Positions 47,414 to 57,257 of a stretch of 64,000 nt of DNA are shown here, one piece after another. Within the stretch, counting starts at the first letter, position 1, and each line of letters starts with the position of its first letter. The DNA comes from a virus (taxonomy: Duplodnaviria; Caudoviricetes), in the IMG/VR virus record IMGVR_UViG_3300044216_005818, positions 1,145 through 65,144 of that record. The stretch is one strand, 5' to 3'. Both the position numbers and the translations under genes were made by a program. Below the pieces are notes generated by a model. It did not search any database. It saw only the letters and a program-made list of their open reading frames with translations, and was not told the DNA's origin.

Positions 47414-48657
47414 TGGCTAATAAAATAGCAAAAAAACCAAAAATCTCTAGGCAATATGAATTATCTCAACAAAAGATAATTGATAATGCTGTAGATCTAG
47501 GAGGCCTTCCAGATATTCCTGCTATTGATTTAGCACCTGATAATAGACCTAATATTAATAGAGCTAATATTATCAGTAAAGATGATTCTACTTCTAACAG
47601 TGGGTTTCATCTAGGTCTCCAAGATATTGATGAAGCAATATTTTATTATTTTGAAAATGTTATAAAACCTACTGTATTATCTAATGGAGATTTAGTAGAT
47701 GTTCCTGTAATATATGGTTCAGGTGAAAGATGGAAATTAGCTCAAAAAGATGGTTTTTATAGAGATAAAAACCAAAAAATACAGACTCCTTTAGTAATGC
47801 TTAAAAGAGAGTCTATTGAAAAACGTAGAGATTTAGGTAATAAACTAGATGCTAATAATCCACAACTTTATATTACCCAACAAGAAAAATATACTAGAAA
47901 AAACCAGTATGATAGGTTTTCTTTATTAAATAATAGGATTCCTAAAAAAGAATTTAATGCCGTAGTAATCCCTGACTATATTAACTTAACTTATAGTGGT
48001 ATTATATGGACTGATTATATTTCTCAACTAAATAAAATTATTGAAGCTATAAACTATTCTTCTGATGCTTATTGGGGGGATCCCGAAAGGTTTAAGTTTA
48101 TGGCTATGATAGATTCATTTAACAATATAAATGAATTAAGTAGTGATGATGGAAGAATAGTAAGAGCTAACTTTACTTTAAAATTGCAAGGGTATGTAGT
48201 TCCTGATAATGTCCAGAAAAAACTAAAAGAACAAAACACTAGATACTTTAGTAAAGCCCAAATAGTATTAAACCAAGCTACCACAGTTATAGAAGAACCA
48301 AGTACTAGATCTAAAGTTTTAAGAGGAGCTCCAGTTAAAAGCACAGGTGGTTCTACTACAAATATAAATACTAATACTACTAATACAGGGATAGATGATG
48401 ATTGGCAAATTATTGGTGAAGTTATAAAATCAAATAGAGATGTAGAAGTTACTGGTTATGTCCACTTAAACTTTGATAGAGACGCTAGTAATCCTAACAT
48501 TAATTCAGATTTATTTTTAATACAAGACTCAGGCAATGATATTTTAAAAGTAAATAATGATGGAGTATTAGTTTTTAAAAATTTTAATAGCTTACCCGCT
48601 CCTGTAGCAGGAGGATTACTTATACAAAATAATGAACTTTATTTGGGAATTGATTAA
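47413..48657 (+). CDS. Tail terminator / sheath stabiliser (T4 gp15-like) with C-terminal extension
   Basis: VPVIYGSGERW, PDYINLTYSGIIWT..QLNKIIE and RIVRANFTLKLQGY. Confidence 0.7.
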   Translation: MANKIAKKPKISRQYELSQQKIIDNAVDLGGLPDIPAIDLAPDNRPNINRANIISKDDSTSNSGFHLGLQDIDEAIFYYFENVIKPTVLSNGDLVDVPVIYGSGERWKLAQKDGFYRDKNQKIQTPLVMLKRESIEKRRDLGNKLDANNPQLYITQQEKYTRKNQYDRFSLLNNRIPKKEFNAVVIPDYINLTYSGIIWTDYISQLNKIIEAINYSSDAYWGDPERFKFMAMIDSFNNINELSSDDGRIVRANFTLKLQGYVVPDNVQKKLKEQNTRYFSKAQIVLNQATTVIEEPSTRSKVLRGAPVKSTGGSTTNINTNTTNTGIDDDWQIIGEVIKSNRDVEVTGYVHLNFDRDASNPNINSDLFLIQDSGNDILKVNNDGVLVFKNFNSLPAPVAGGLLIQNNELYLGID

Positions 48658-48674
48658 TATTTATATATAAAAAT

Positions 48675-48917
48675 ATGGCTTCGTTTAGTGACTTAAAAAA
48701 CAAATTAAAAGGTAAAACAGTTTCACCTTCAACTCCTACTAGTGATGTCTCTTCTGACAATGCTCCTTCTAATTTTTTTGAATTAGAAGAATCTCGATAT
48801 TTATTATCGTTAATTGCTAAATCAGATTTTAGTGGAAAAGATGTACAAATGGTATATAACATAGCTTATAAGCTACAAAAAGAAATACAAACTTATTTAG
48901 ATAACGAAAATGGCTAA
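48675..48917 (+). CDS. Small helical protein, paralogue of 55635..55787
   Basis: FSGKDVQMVYNI..KLQ versus ILGKDAHMVSSA..KFE. Confidence 0.6.
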   Translation: MASFSDLKNKLKGKTVSPSTPTSDVSSDNAPSNFFELEESRYLLSLIAKSDFSGKDVQMVYNIAYKLQKEIQTYLDNENG

Positions 48918-50253
48918 ATTTAATGATCCTAAAACGGAGGCAGGTTATCTAGGAAATAATGCTAACCTTTCTGCTTCTTTTGCTGCTTCTAGTGACAATA
49001 GAATCGATGGTGTTTTATTTGAAACATCAAGCATAAGTAAAATTCCTGCTAGATTAGATAATGGTGATCAAGCTAAATTTGTAGATCTAACTAAAGTAGT
49101 TACGGGATCTGGAGGTGGGGTATTTAGAGAACCTTTATCTGGTTTAGTATATGTACCTTTTAGAAAAAAAGATATCCAAGATAGCCTTATAGGTGAAAAT
49201 TCACATATTAAAAATAATTTTTTACCAGATTCATACCTTCAAATTAGTAAATCTTTTGCTAGCCGATTTAATAGTATAGGAGATAATACCATATTTAATT
49301 ACCTAGTAGAAGAATTTTATACAGGTAGTGTAGAAGGATTTGTGGGTTCTGCTACTGCTTCTTTAAATACTTTTACCCCGGATGGGTTAACCTCTTCATT
49401 TAGTGGTATTGACCCAGCAACTGGTTATGATATGACCTTTGATTTTAGTAACTCAAATTTTGTTACTAATTTAGAACTAGCCTTTAACCCTGGGGGTGAA
49501 GCACACACCTTAAGAACAGCTACTTTTATTCCTAAATTCCAACATAAATTTACTAATAGAGCAGGTAATACTACAAATAGATGTTTAGTTACTAGTTCTT
49601 TAGCTTCAATTAATGGTATATTAGGAGTAGATACAAGCGCAACAGGATCACCTTCAGGTAGTATTTGTGGTATTGGTGGTAGTACCAGCGGTACCCAAGT
49701 AAATATTAATGGATCAGACACTGCTGCTGGTACTTATACTAGAAACCTTATAAAAGGTAGAGTTGGAGGAGATGGAGACTCAGGAAGCTTAGCTTCCACA
49801 TATGATGATCTTTTACCACGTAGAGAATATATAATTTATCCTTTTGGAACTGTTGTAGCAAGCGGCTCATTTAGATATTATGCTGATACTCCTAATTCTG
49901 CTGCTACTTCCTCATCAGCCGCTAGAAGAGTAATAATAACAGAAACTACCTCTTCTTCAGATATTAGAACGTTATTCTACGCTGCAGGAGGAACTAATGG
50001 ACCTAGTGGATCCCATACAGGAAGTAGATTTTTACATGGCCAAGATCATAAAACTTTAGGATCACCGGTACATGCTGATCCATTACTTCAATCTACAGCT
50101 TCTATAGGTTTTTACGCTCCTTTAGGTAGTACAATTAGTGATGGATGTTATGAAATAAACACTGCTAGCTTTGATAATGGTGGTAGTACTTTAACTCCAA
50201 CCCTTATGATGGTCCCTAGAATTAAAAGCAAAGTAACAGTTTCAGGAACATAA
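48910..50253 (+). CDS. Putative virion structural protein
   Basis: Ser/Gly/Thr-rich 447-aa ORF at the start of the fibre array. Confidence 0.55.
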   Translation: MAKFNDPKTEAGYLGNNANLSASFAASSDNRIDGVLFETSSISKIPARLDNGDQAKFVDLTKVVTGSGGGVFREPLSGLVYVPFRKKDIQDSLIGENSHIKNNFLPDSYLQISKSFASRFNSIGDNTIFNYLVEEFYTGSVEGFVGSATASLNTFTPDGLTSSFSGIDPATGYDMTFDFSNSNFVTNLELAFNPGGEAHTLRTATFIPKFQHKFTNRAGNTTNRCLVTSSLASINGILGVDTSATGSPSGSICGIGGSTSGTQVNINGSDTAAGTYTRNLIKGRVGGDGDSGSLASTYDDLLPRREYIIYPFGTVVASGSFRYYADTPNSAATSSSAARRVIITETTSSSDIRTLFYAAGGTNGPSGSHTGSRFLHGQDHKTLGSPVHADPLLQSTASIGFYAPLGSTISDGCYEINTASFDNGGSTLTPTLMMVPRIKSKVTVSGT

Positions 50254-50305
50254 CTAATTTTTATAAATTTTTATATATTTATCATTGATACAAAATAAAT
50301 AACAC

Positions 50306-53300
50306 ATGGCAAACTGGAAAAAAGTACTAGTATCCGGGTCTAATATAGATGTAAATTTAATATCAGGATCCCAATTACAATTAACAGGTATAGGTGGACT
50401 GCCTGCAAATATGGCAGCTACATCAACCGTTCTTACTGTTGACCATTCAGGAAGTGTTACCGCAATATCCCAAGGAAGTTTAGAAGGTGCTCAACAATTA
50501 TTTGGTATCAAGGGTAGTAAAGTTGTTGGTGGTAACCATGGATTTGCTGTTATTGATACTGCTGGTACAATAGGAGATTCTGATAAGTTATTATTTACTA
50601 CTTCTTCAGATCAGGGCTTTAATTTTTCAATTACCCCGGGTACTGATACTACTCATTCTATATCGTTTATTGCACCTCAAGCTTTAAAAATAACATCTGA
50701 CGTTGTATTTAATACAGTTACAGTTGACGATAAATTAATCCACAATGGAGATTCAGATACTTCTATAGGATTTGACGGACAAAATTCATTTAGATTTGAG
50801 GCGGGTGGTAATAAAATGATGGTAATGTCTACCATCAATGCTGGTGGTAGTGATGAAAAATTAGTATACGCTTTTAATAATAGCGGTAGTAATTTAAATA
50901 TAGGATATAGTGCAGAAATGCTTGGTGGCTCAGTCCACCCTTCAAAAGATGCTACTTTTGTAATTAGCCAAAAACAAGATATAAATGATCCTAGAACCCT
51001 AGGTGCATTAAGTGAATTTGCCTTTATGGTATCTGGTTCTAAAGTTGGTATCGGTGCTAATATAGCTAATGGAGGTGATTATATTGCAGGTGCACTTACT
51101 TCTAATAATGAAAGAGAAAGAGGAAGATTAAAAAATGTAAAGTTATTTATTTCAGGTGGTGATTTAAAGATCACAGGTTCCTCAATTACTGCTTCTTTAA
51201 CAGAAAATACTGCAGTACACTCATTAGTAACATTTAATACTTCTTCAGAAGGATTTGAATATGCTACCGCGGATGCTATAGCTAGTGCAATTAGTGAGGA
51301 AATTTCAGGATCATTTATATCCGCTTCTGATTCATTATATAACCAAATACAAGGTATAACCACATTTGATGGTACAAATGTAGAAGCAAGTGCTTCTGCT
51401 GGTATTAGATTCCAAGTAGGAACCTCAGGATCTACAGATAATGGTGTTAGCGTTCCATTAGTTGACTCAGCCTCATTTGTAGGTGCTACTAATCAAATTG
51501 CTATTAGTAATACTACATCAGGTTCTAGCATAGGAATAGATGTAGGTTTAACCGATGATGTAACTATAACAAATACTCTTACCGTTGCTAATGAGGGTGA
51601 TGCAGGCGTTGCTCTTGAAGTTGTTGGCGGTTTAAGTGCTAGTGGAGAAATAACCGCTTCTGCCCTACAGATTGAAGGGGATGCTACCGTTACAGGTACT
51701 ATGAATGCAGGTACGTTCAACATTATTGGTGTTGGGCTTGTTGAAAATCAAATCAGTATTACTACTGGTAGTACTAGTTTTGGTACCTCAAGCATAGATA
51801 CACACACCTTTACAGGTTCCTTAGAAGTATCAGGTAGTGCTAATATTGTTGGTCCAGTATCAATAACTGATACTTTAAATGTAGGTCAAATAGATGCTAC
51901 TGGCTCAGCTAATACTAGCTCCTTTGATTATATAGCTACTACTGGTATTAGTTCAAGTGGCCAAATAAGAGCCGATTTAACAGAAAATGGTACTATATTA
52001 AGCAATGTAGTTGTATACGATACTAATACAGGTGAATTACATATTACTGCTTCTTCAGCATTTGGAGGAGGAGGAGGTTCTGATACCCTTGGAACACCTA
52101 CTGATACCTCTTTTGAGGACGGTTTATTAGATTTCACTCCTGGTGTAACTACTATAACAAATGCTGTAGATGAAATAAACGAAGTATTAGCTGCTATAGC
52201 TCCTTCTCCTGCACCAAACCTAGCAGGACTAAGTAACTCTACAACATCTGAGGGCATTACTAAAGAAGGCAACTTATCATTTGGTGGTTCTCAAAATATT
52301 GATACTTATACTAATGCAGATCAATATACTTCTTTAGAGGGTGAATCAGGCCTTTCAGATGTAGGGTATAATGGTAAATTTGATGATTTAGATGAAATAA
52401 TCGGCACTGCTGAAGGTAGTATGACTACTGTAGCTGACCGCCAATTAGGTATTATTAATGCTGCATCTGGTTATACAGCACTTGGGTTTAAACTTAATGA
52501 ACATGTTGTTGCCGATACAGGTACCGGAGGTACTAACTTTGGGGCAGACGCTTTCGGGGATGGGGATAAAGGAGTATTAGCTTTATATGTAAATAATTTA
52601 GATAGCCCTGTACATACAGTTTCTTTAACAGGATCTGATGGACCCGTTGCAGCACCTGGCAACGATGTAAACAGTGATGGTTCAGGATTTCTAGGCTTAT
52701 CTGGTGTAAATAGTGCTTCTTTTACAAGCACAGGAGCTGTATTAGGAAGTTTCCAACATAGATCGGGATCGGTTCTTATAGCAGGGCCAAACCAAAGAAA
52801 TGGTTGGAACTATGCTGTAGTTAAGCACCAATTAGAAGGTTCAGTTAGAACTACTAACTATGTAACTTGGGTAAACGAAATAGATAATAGTCTTATAACA
52901 GCTGAATTTAAAGACTCAACACCTAACTCAATTGATCAATCAGGTACTAAATTCCTTTCAGGTATAGGATATCGTACTAGTGTTACACTTAACAATAATC
53001 TTGAGGTTACAAACGCCTATAGAAATGTTTATTCAGATGAATCGGATGCAATTACTGCTACAAATACAGTAGCTACTAATAATACTTATACTCTAACGGT
53101 TAAAGCTACTAATGGACTGTCCACAAACACAGGAAATGGTATTGCAATGCCTGGATTAGCAACAACAGCAGCTGCCTCAGCTTCTAAATTACATGTTACC
53201 TCATCTGCTCCCCTTCAATCAGATGTAGCTGTAGTAGTTTTATCTGGTAGTGCTGCCGCTACAACACAGCTTGTTGTTAAACACCCAACAAAAACTAATC

Positions 53301-54124
53301 TAACAGAAAACAGCCATATTAGTTTATCAGCTAAAGACGGTATTTTATATGATACTAGAACAGATGATTCTACTGCTACAAAAGAAACATTTGTTGCAGA
53401 AACCTTTAGATTAAGAAGTGGTTCATACGATACCCAACAAAGTGTCCGAGATTTTGCCTCTCCAATAGGAAACGGCCCATTATTCTTTGCTAGTAGTGCC
53501 TCATTACTAACAGACACAGGTACGAATAATGAAACCTCAGAATTAGTAGTAACACCAATAACCACACCTGGTGCAAGTGCTACTACAACAAAGAATACAG
53601 GAAATGGTGCTCTAGTATACCCAACTAGAGTAGCTAATTATTCTACAATAGGGGTTAGATCAGGAACACCCCCTAATTATAATGGATCTGGTGTTTCTAA
53701 TACAAGATTTTATTTTAGAGCTTTCCAAAAAGCCGCTGGTCAAGGTACCGCTAATACTATAGATTATACTCTAAAAGGATCAGGTAACCTAGCTACTATA
53801 GGTTTTGCAGGAATTACAGATGATACAAGTACTTCAACTAAATTAGGATTAGGAATTAAATTACCGGGAGCTACAGCATTCCTAGATGCTTCTCAAAATA
53901 TAGATAACTCAAATAACCTCTTAACCGAAGGTGCTGGTTGTTTTGATGCAGGTGCAAACGGTGGAGCTATAGATATTACACTTAACTGTACAAACGTTGT
54001 TAATATGAATACAGCTGCCGGTGGTGGTAGTATTGCAGCAGAAGACTATGTAGTATTTAGAATTGCTTATAAGTCTAACTTCACAGGTTATGTAAATGAA
54101 ATTTCAATAAACAACTTCGGATAA
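50306..54124 (+). CDS. Long tail-fibre/virion protein
   Basis: MANWKKVLVSGS N-terminus shared with 55875; fibre-like low-complexity beta repeats; 1272 aa. Confidence 0.65.
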   Translation: MANWKKVLVSGSNIDVNLISGSQLQLTGIGGLPANMAATSTVLTVDHSGSVTAISQGSLEGAQQLFGIKGSKVVGGNHGFAVIDTAGTIGDSDKLLFTTSSDQGFNFSITPGTDTTHSISFIAPQALKITSDVVFNTVTVDDKLIHNGDSDTSIGFDGQNSFRFEAGGNKMMVMSTINAGGSDEKLVYAFNNSGSNLNIGYSAEMLGGSVHPSKDATFVISQKQDINDPRTLGALSEFAFMVSGSKVGIGANIANGGDYIAGALTSNNERERGRLKNVKLFISGGDLKITGSSITASLTENTAVHSLVTFNTSSEGFEYATADAIASAISEEISGSFISASDSLYNQIQGITTFDGTNVEASASAGIRFQVGTSGSTDNGVSVPLVDSASFVGATNQIAISNTTSGSSIGIDVGLTDDVTITNTLTVANEGDAGVALEVVGGLSASGEITASALQIEGDATVTGTMNAGTFNIIGVGLVENQISITTGSTSFGTSSIDTHTFTGSLEVSGSANIVGPVSITDTLNVGQIDATGSANTSSFDYIATTGISSSGQIRADLTENGTILSNVVVYDTNTGELHITASSAFGGGGGSDTLGTPTDTSFEDGLLDFTPGVTTITNAVDEINEVLAAIAPSPAPNLAGLSNSTTSEGITKEGNLSFGGSQNIDTYTNADQYTSLEGESGLSDVGYNGKFDDLDEIIGTAEGSMTTVADRQLGIINAASGYTALGFKLNEHVVADTGTGGTNFGADAFGDGDKGVLALYVNNLDSPVHTVSLTGSDGPVAAPGNDVNSDGSGFLGLSGVNSASFTSTGAVLGSFQHRSGSVLIAGPNQRNGWNYAVVKHQLEGSVRTTNYVTWVNEIDNSLITAEFKDSTPNSIDQSGTKFLSGIGYRTSVTLNNNLEVTNAYRNVYSDESDAITATNTVATNNTYTLTVKATNGLSTNTGNGIAMPGLATTAAASASKLHVTSSAPLQSDVAVVVLSGSAAATTQLVVKHPTKTNLTENSHISLSAKDGILYDTRTDDSTATKETFVAETFRLRSGSYDTQQSVRDFASPIGNGPLFFASSASLLTDTGTNNETSELVVTPITTPGASATTTKNTGNGALVYPTRVANYSTIGVRSGTPPNYNGSGVSNTRFYFRAFQKAAGQGTANTIDYTLKGSGNLATIGFAGITDDTSTSTKLGLGIKLPGATAFLDASQNIDNSNNLLTEGAGCFDAGANGGAIDITLNCTNVVNMNTAAGGGSIAAEDYVVFRIAYKSNFTGYVNEISINNFG

Positions 54125-54137
54125 AAACTAACTTAAT

Positions 54138-55601
54138 ATGGCCATTAATACAAAAATATTATCAGATATAGCCTTTAAAAAGCTAGCGGGCGCATCACAC
54201 ACAACCGTAGCTAATAGTGCTTTACAGGAATCTATAGCATCTAATGTACAGTTATCATCGGATGTCATTTTCGGCCAGAAAATACCTGGTGCTCCTGGTA
54301 ACCCTGCTAGTACTGATATATACACTACAGCTAGTAATGCTGGTGGAGAATTTGTTGTACAGTTAGTAGAATTTGATCTTGTTGCCCTTGCTTCTTCTGT
54401 ATATGCAGCAGGCGATTCAAGTGTAGGAGGCCAAGGTGATGCAGTTGATTCTGGTGATACTACCTCATTTGACCAAGTTGATAGTGGTGAAGCTAATACA
54501 CTTACTACACACTCATTTGCTCTACAATTCCCATCAAATTACGTAGCATCACAAGCTAATGGTAAAAATAACCCATTAGCAGGTACAGGTGTTGGATTTG
54601 ATAATAATGCCTTTGTCCATGATAGTAAAGGTAGAGTTCAAATTGTTCCTACCTTCTTTAACGAAGGTAGTGTAGATTACTTACCTAGACTTACTGATGA
54701 AAATGGTAATGCCCTTGATATTGGTGGTAGTGCTCAAGATTTCTACTTGGATACATTTGCAGGTGTCTTATTTAGACAAGATGGTAATAATTCTTTAGAT
54801 GCTTCTTCCGATCTATATGCAGTACCTAAAAAATTAAAAGCCTATGTTTACATAGGTAAAATGCAATCCGAATCTATAGATACTTCGGTTCCAAGTTTAG
54901 CAGACGTTACAGCAGTTGGTGCTACTACTAGCCAAGATATAGTAATTAGTGCTTCCTTAACAGTACACAGTGGCTCTAACTCTGAATTAGTTGATTTTAC
55001 AAATGTTGACTTTAGTGGTTCTAATGGTCAATTTGATGGTAACTTAGGAGTTAATGGTAATTCTAGTGTAATTGGCAATATAGAAGCCGGAGGTAACCTT
55101 AATGTTGATGGTAATATTACCGTAGGTGGTAATCAAACAATTACTGGTGATTTAATTGTAAATGGCAGTACAACTACTATTAACACTACAGATCTTTTAG
55201 TAGAAGATAGATTTATATTATTAGCTTCTGGAAACCTAGCAGATGCACCAGGAGATGGTGGTATAATAGTTCAAACAGGCCAAGATGACGCCGGTAAAAA
55301 CGCAGGTACAGCATTATTTTATGATGCAGACAGGTTAAGTTGGGGTATATCAGCAGCTACTTCATCACTTTCCTCTGAATTAGTAGGACATGAAGATGAT
55401 GATATTACTGCCCAAGTAAATGTACTTACTGTAGATATACAAAACGGTGCTCCTTTAAGTACTGGTGGATCTATTGCAAGACCAAGACCACTTATGGGTG
55501 GTAATAATGCTGGTCAAGATGGTAGATTCGCTCTTGGTCAAATGTATGTAGACTATAATGATACTACTAACGGAGGTCTATATATCTACTTACCGGAATA
55601 A
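54138..55601 (+). CDS. Tail-fibre-like protein
   Basis: GNLGVNGN/GNLNVDGNITVGGN/GDLIVNG beta-helix-like repeats; VEDRFILLASG...DGGIIV. Confidence 0.65.
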   Translation: MAINTKILSDIAFKKLAGASHTTVANSALQESIASNVQLSSDVIFGQKIPGAPGNPASTDIYTTASNAGGEFVVQLVEFDLVALASSVYAAGDSSVGGQGDAVDSGDTTSFDQVDSGEANTLTTHSFALQFPSNYVASQANGKNNPLAGTGVGFDNNAFVHDSKGRVQIVPTFFNEGSVDYLPRLTDENGNALDIGGSAQDFYLDTFAGVLFRQDGNNSLDASSDLYAVPKKLKAYVYIGKMQSESIDTSVPSLADVTAVGATTSQDIVISASLTVHSGSNSELVDFTNVDFSGSNGQFDGNLGVNGNSSVIGNIEAGGNLNVDGNITVGGNQTITGDLIVNGSTTTINTTDLLVEDRFILLASGNLADAPGDGGIIVQTGQDDAGKNAGTALFYDADRLSWGISAATSSLSSELVGHEDDDITAQVNVLTVDIQNGAPLSTGGSIARPRPLMGGNNAGQDGRFALGQMYVDYNDTTNGGLYIYLPE

Positions 55602-55634
55602 TAATTAGTTTATATTTATATATAAACAATTGTT

Positions 55635-55787
55635 ATGATTACATTAAAATTAGAACCCCAAGAAATTCAATTAGCAATTACTGCTATAAATCAGGCTCAT
55701 ATCCTTGGTAAGGATGCCCACATGGTATCTAGTGCATTAAAGAAGTTTGAAAGTAAGTTAGAAAATTTTAAGCCAGTTCAAGGCTAA
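55635..55787 (+). CDS. 50-aa protein (absent from the ORF track), candidate fibre chaperone
   Basis: MITLKLEPQEIQLAITAINQAHILGKDAHMVSSALKKFESKLENFKPVQG; preceded by ATATTTATA; similar to 48675..48917. Confidence 0.65.
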   Translation: MITLKLEPQEIQLAITAINQAHILGKDAHMVSSALKKFESKLENFKPVQG

Positions 55788-55805
55788 TTCATATTTATCA
55801 TAAAC

Positions 55806-55862
55806 CTATTATTGGCCTGAAAAGGAAGTAGGCAGCAACAGTGCTGTATCTAACCATAATAG
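55806..55862 (+). ncRNA. Candidate structured 5'-leader RNA (unassigned family)
   Basis: CTATTAT/ATAATAG closing stem encloses CCT-GAAA-AGG and CAGCA-ACAG-TGCTG hairpins. Confidence 0.4.
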
Positions 55863-55874
55863 AAAAAATATTAG

Positions 55875-57257
55875 ATGCCTAACTGGAAAAAAGTCATACT
55901 TTCCGGCAGTAATGCCGTATTAAACGAAATAACAGCTAGTTCCTTACCTGCAGGAACGGGTAATGAACCTTTAGTAGCATATAGTGCAGGTGCAGGGGGT
56001 TTTGTCCAAGTAGAACAAGGTAACCTTGATTCTATTATAGATAATGATTGGCATATAGGAACCCAATTTTTATCTTCAAGTAAACATATAGCGGTATCGG
56101 GTGCTATTACTGCTAGCATGACAGGTAGTACTATCCCTAGTGATTTTCTACCTACAGATTTATATGGGGGAACATATGTTCCACCTACTGTTGTTTTCTC
56201 ACTTACCGAAGGTAATACTTCTACGGATGTCTTAACAGGTGTAACGAGCTTTTCTCCATCTCTCAATTTTGGCATTGCACCTAGTAATAGTTTTTTCAAT
56301 AATTTTATTGAAATAACTAAAATTGAAGTTAAAGGTGGAGGTTTACATTTAGCAAACCAAAGTATTTTTGGAATCGAAAGTATTACTGTAGGTGGACAAA
56401 CCCTTGTAGAGGGCGCTTTTATAGATGCATCAGGTAATACTACAACCGATTTTGTAACAGTATGGAATGGCACAGATTTAACTGCTGGAGGAGGATCTAG
56501 TGGTTGGCAGAATTACAGTTTAGGTAGTGGGAATCCTCAGGCTGTTACCTTTGATTCACAATTTCCCTTTAATACTAATATAGGAATTACGGTTAAACCA
56601 GGTACTGGTAATTTTGGTAATTTAGAATTTAAATTTTATTGGAAAATTGCAGGTGCCCAAAGTATAGGTGAAGCCGGCTCTAATGGTAAAGGAATAGCAC
56701 TAGCGGGATTACCACAAGGTAACGGTAATTATGCGGGCCAATTTTGGAATATAGACCCACGACCTGGATCTATCCAGTTTGAAGAAGCCCCTAGAGGATT
56801 AAGCATTACAATAGGTAGACTCCTTAATGGGCCAGATACTAGATCATCCCATCTTGATTTTTATATACAAGATGGAGCAAACGATCTACTTAATGCTGGC
56901 TCTGTTAGATATATAAATGGGGGTATGCAATACGGCACTAACTCTGATAGAAGACTAAAAGAAAATATAAAAGCAAGTAAGTTAGGATTAGAAGAAATAC
57001 TACAATTAAAACCTAAAGAGTTTAATTTTAAAAACCATTCAGAGCATACTCATTTAGGATTAATAGCTCAAGAAACCTATAAAGTAATACCTAATGTTGT
57101 TACTAAAGGAACAGACAATACAGTTAGTGCACAAAACCATAGAGCTAATCCTTGGTCTATAGACTATTCTAAAATAGTTCCATATTTAATAAACGCGGTT
57201 AAGCAACAACAAAAACAAATTGAAAAGCTTGAAAAAGAAATAAAAAAGCTAAAATAA
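55875..57257 (+). CDS. Tail fibre with C-terminal peptidase S74 intramolecular chaperone
   Basis: SDRRLKENIK...LGLIAQE...IDYSKIVPYLINAVKQQQKQIEKLE. Confidence 0.85.
   Translation: MPNWKKVILSGSNAVLNEITASSLPAGTGNEPLVAYSAGAGGFVQVEQGNLDSIIDNDWHIGTQFLSSSKHIAVSGAITASMTGSTIPSDFLPTDLYGGTYVPPTVVFSLTEGNTSTDVLTGVTSFSPSLNFGIAPSNSFFNNFIEITKIEVKGGGLHLANQSIFGIESITVGGQTLVEGAFIDASGNTTTDFVTVWNGTDLTAGGGSSGWQNYSLGSGNPQAVTFDSQFPFNTNIGITVKPGTGNFGNLEFKFYWKIAGAQSIGEAGSNGKGIALAGLPQGNGNYAGQFWNIDPRPGSIQFEEAPRGLSITIGRLLNGPDTRSSHLDFYIQDGANDLLNAGSVRYINGGMQYGTNSDRRLKENIKASKLGLEEILQLKPKEFNFKNHSEHTHLGLIAQETYKVIPNVVTKGTDNTVSAQNHRANPWSIDYSKIVPYLINAVKQQQKQIEKLEKEIKKLK

Noticed and set aside
55806-55862. Hammerhead ribozyme or c-di-GMP riboswitch
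   Set aside because: CTGAAAAG only loosely resembles CUGAUGA and the other core elements are not correctly placed; left as an unassigned structure.
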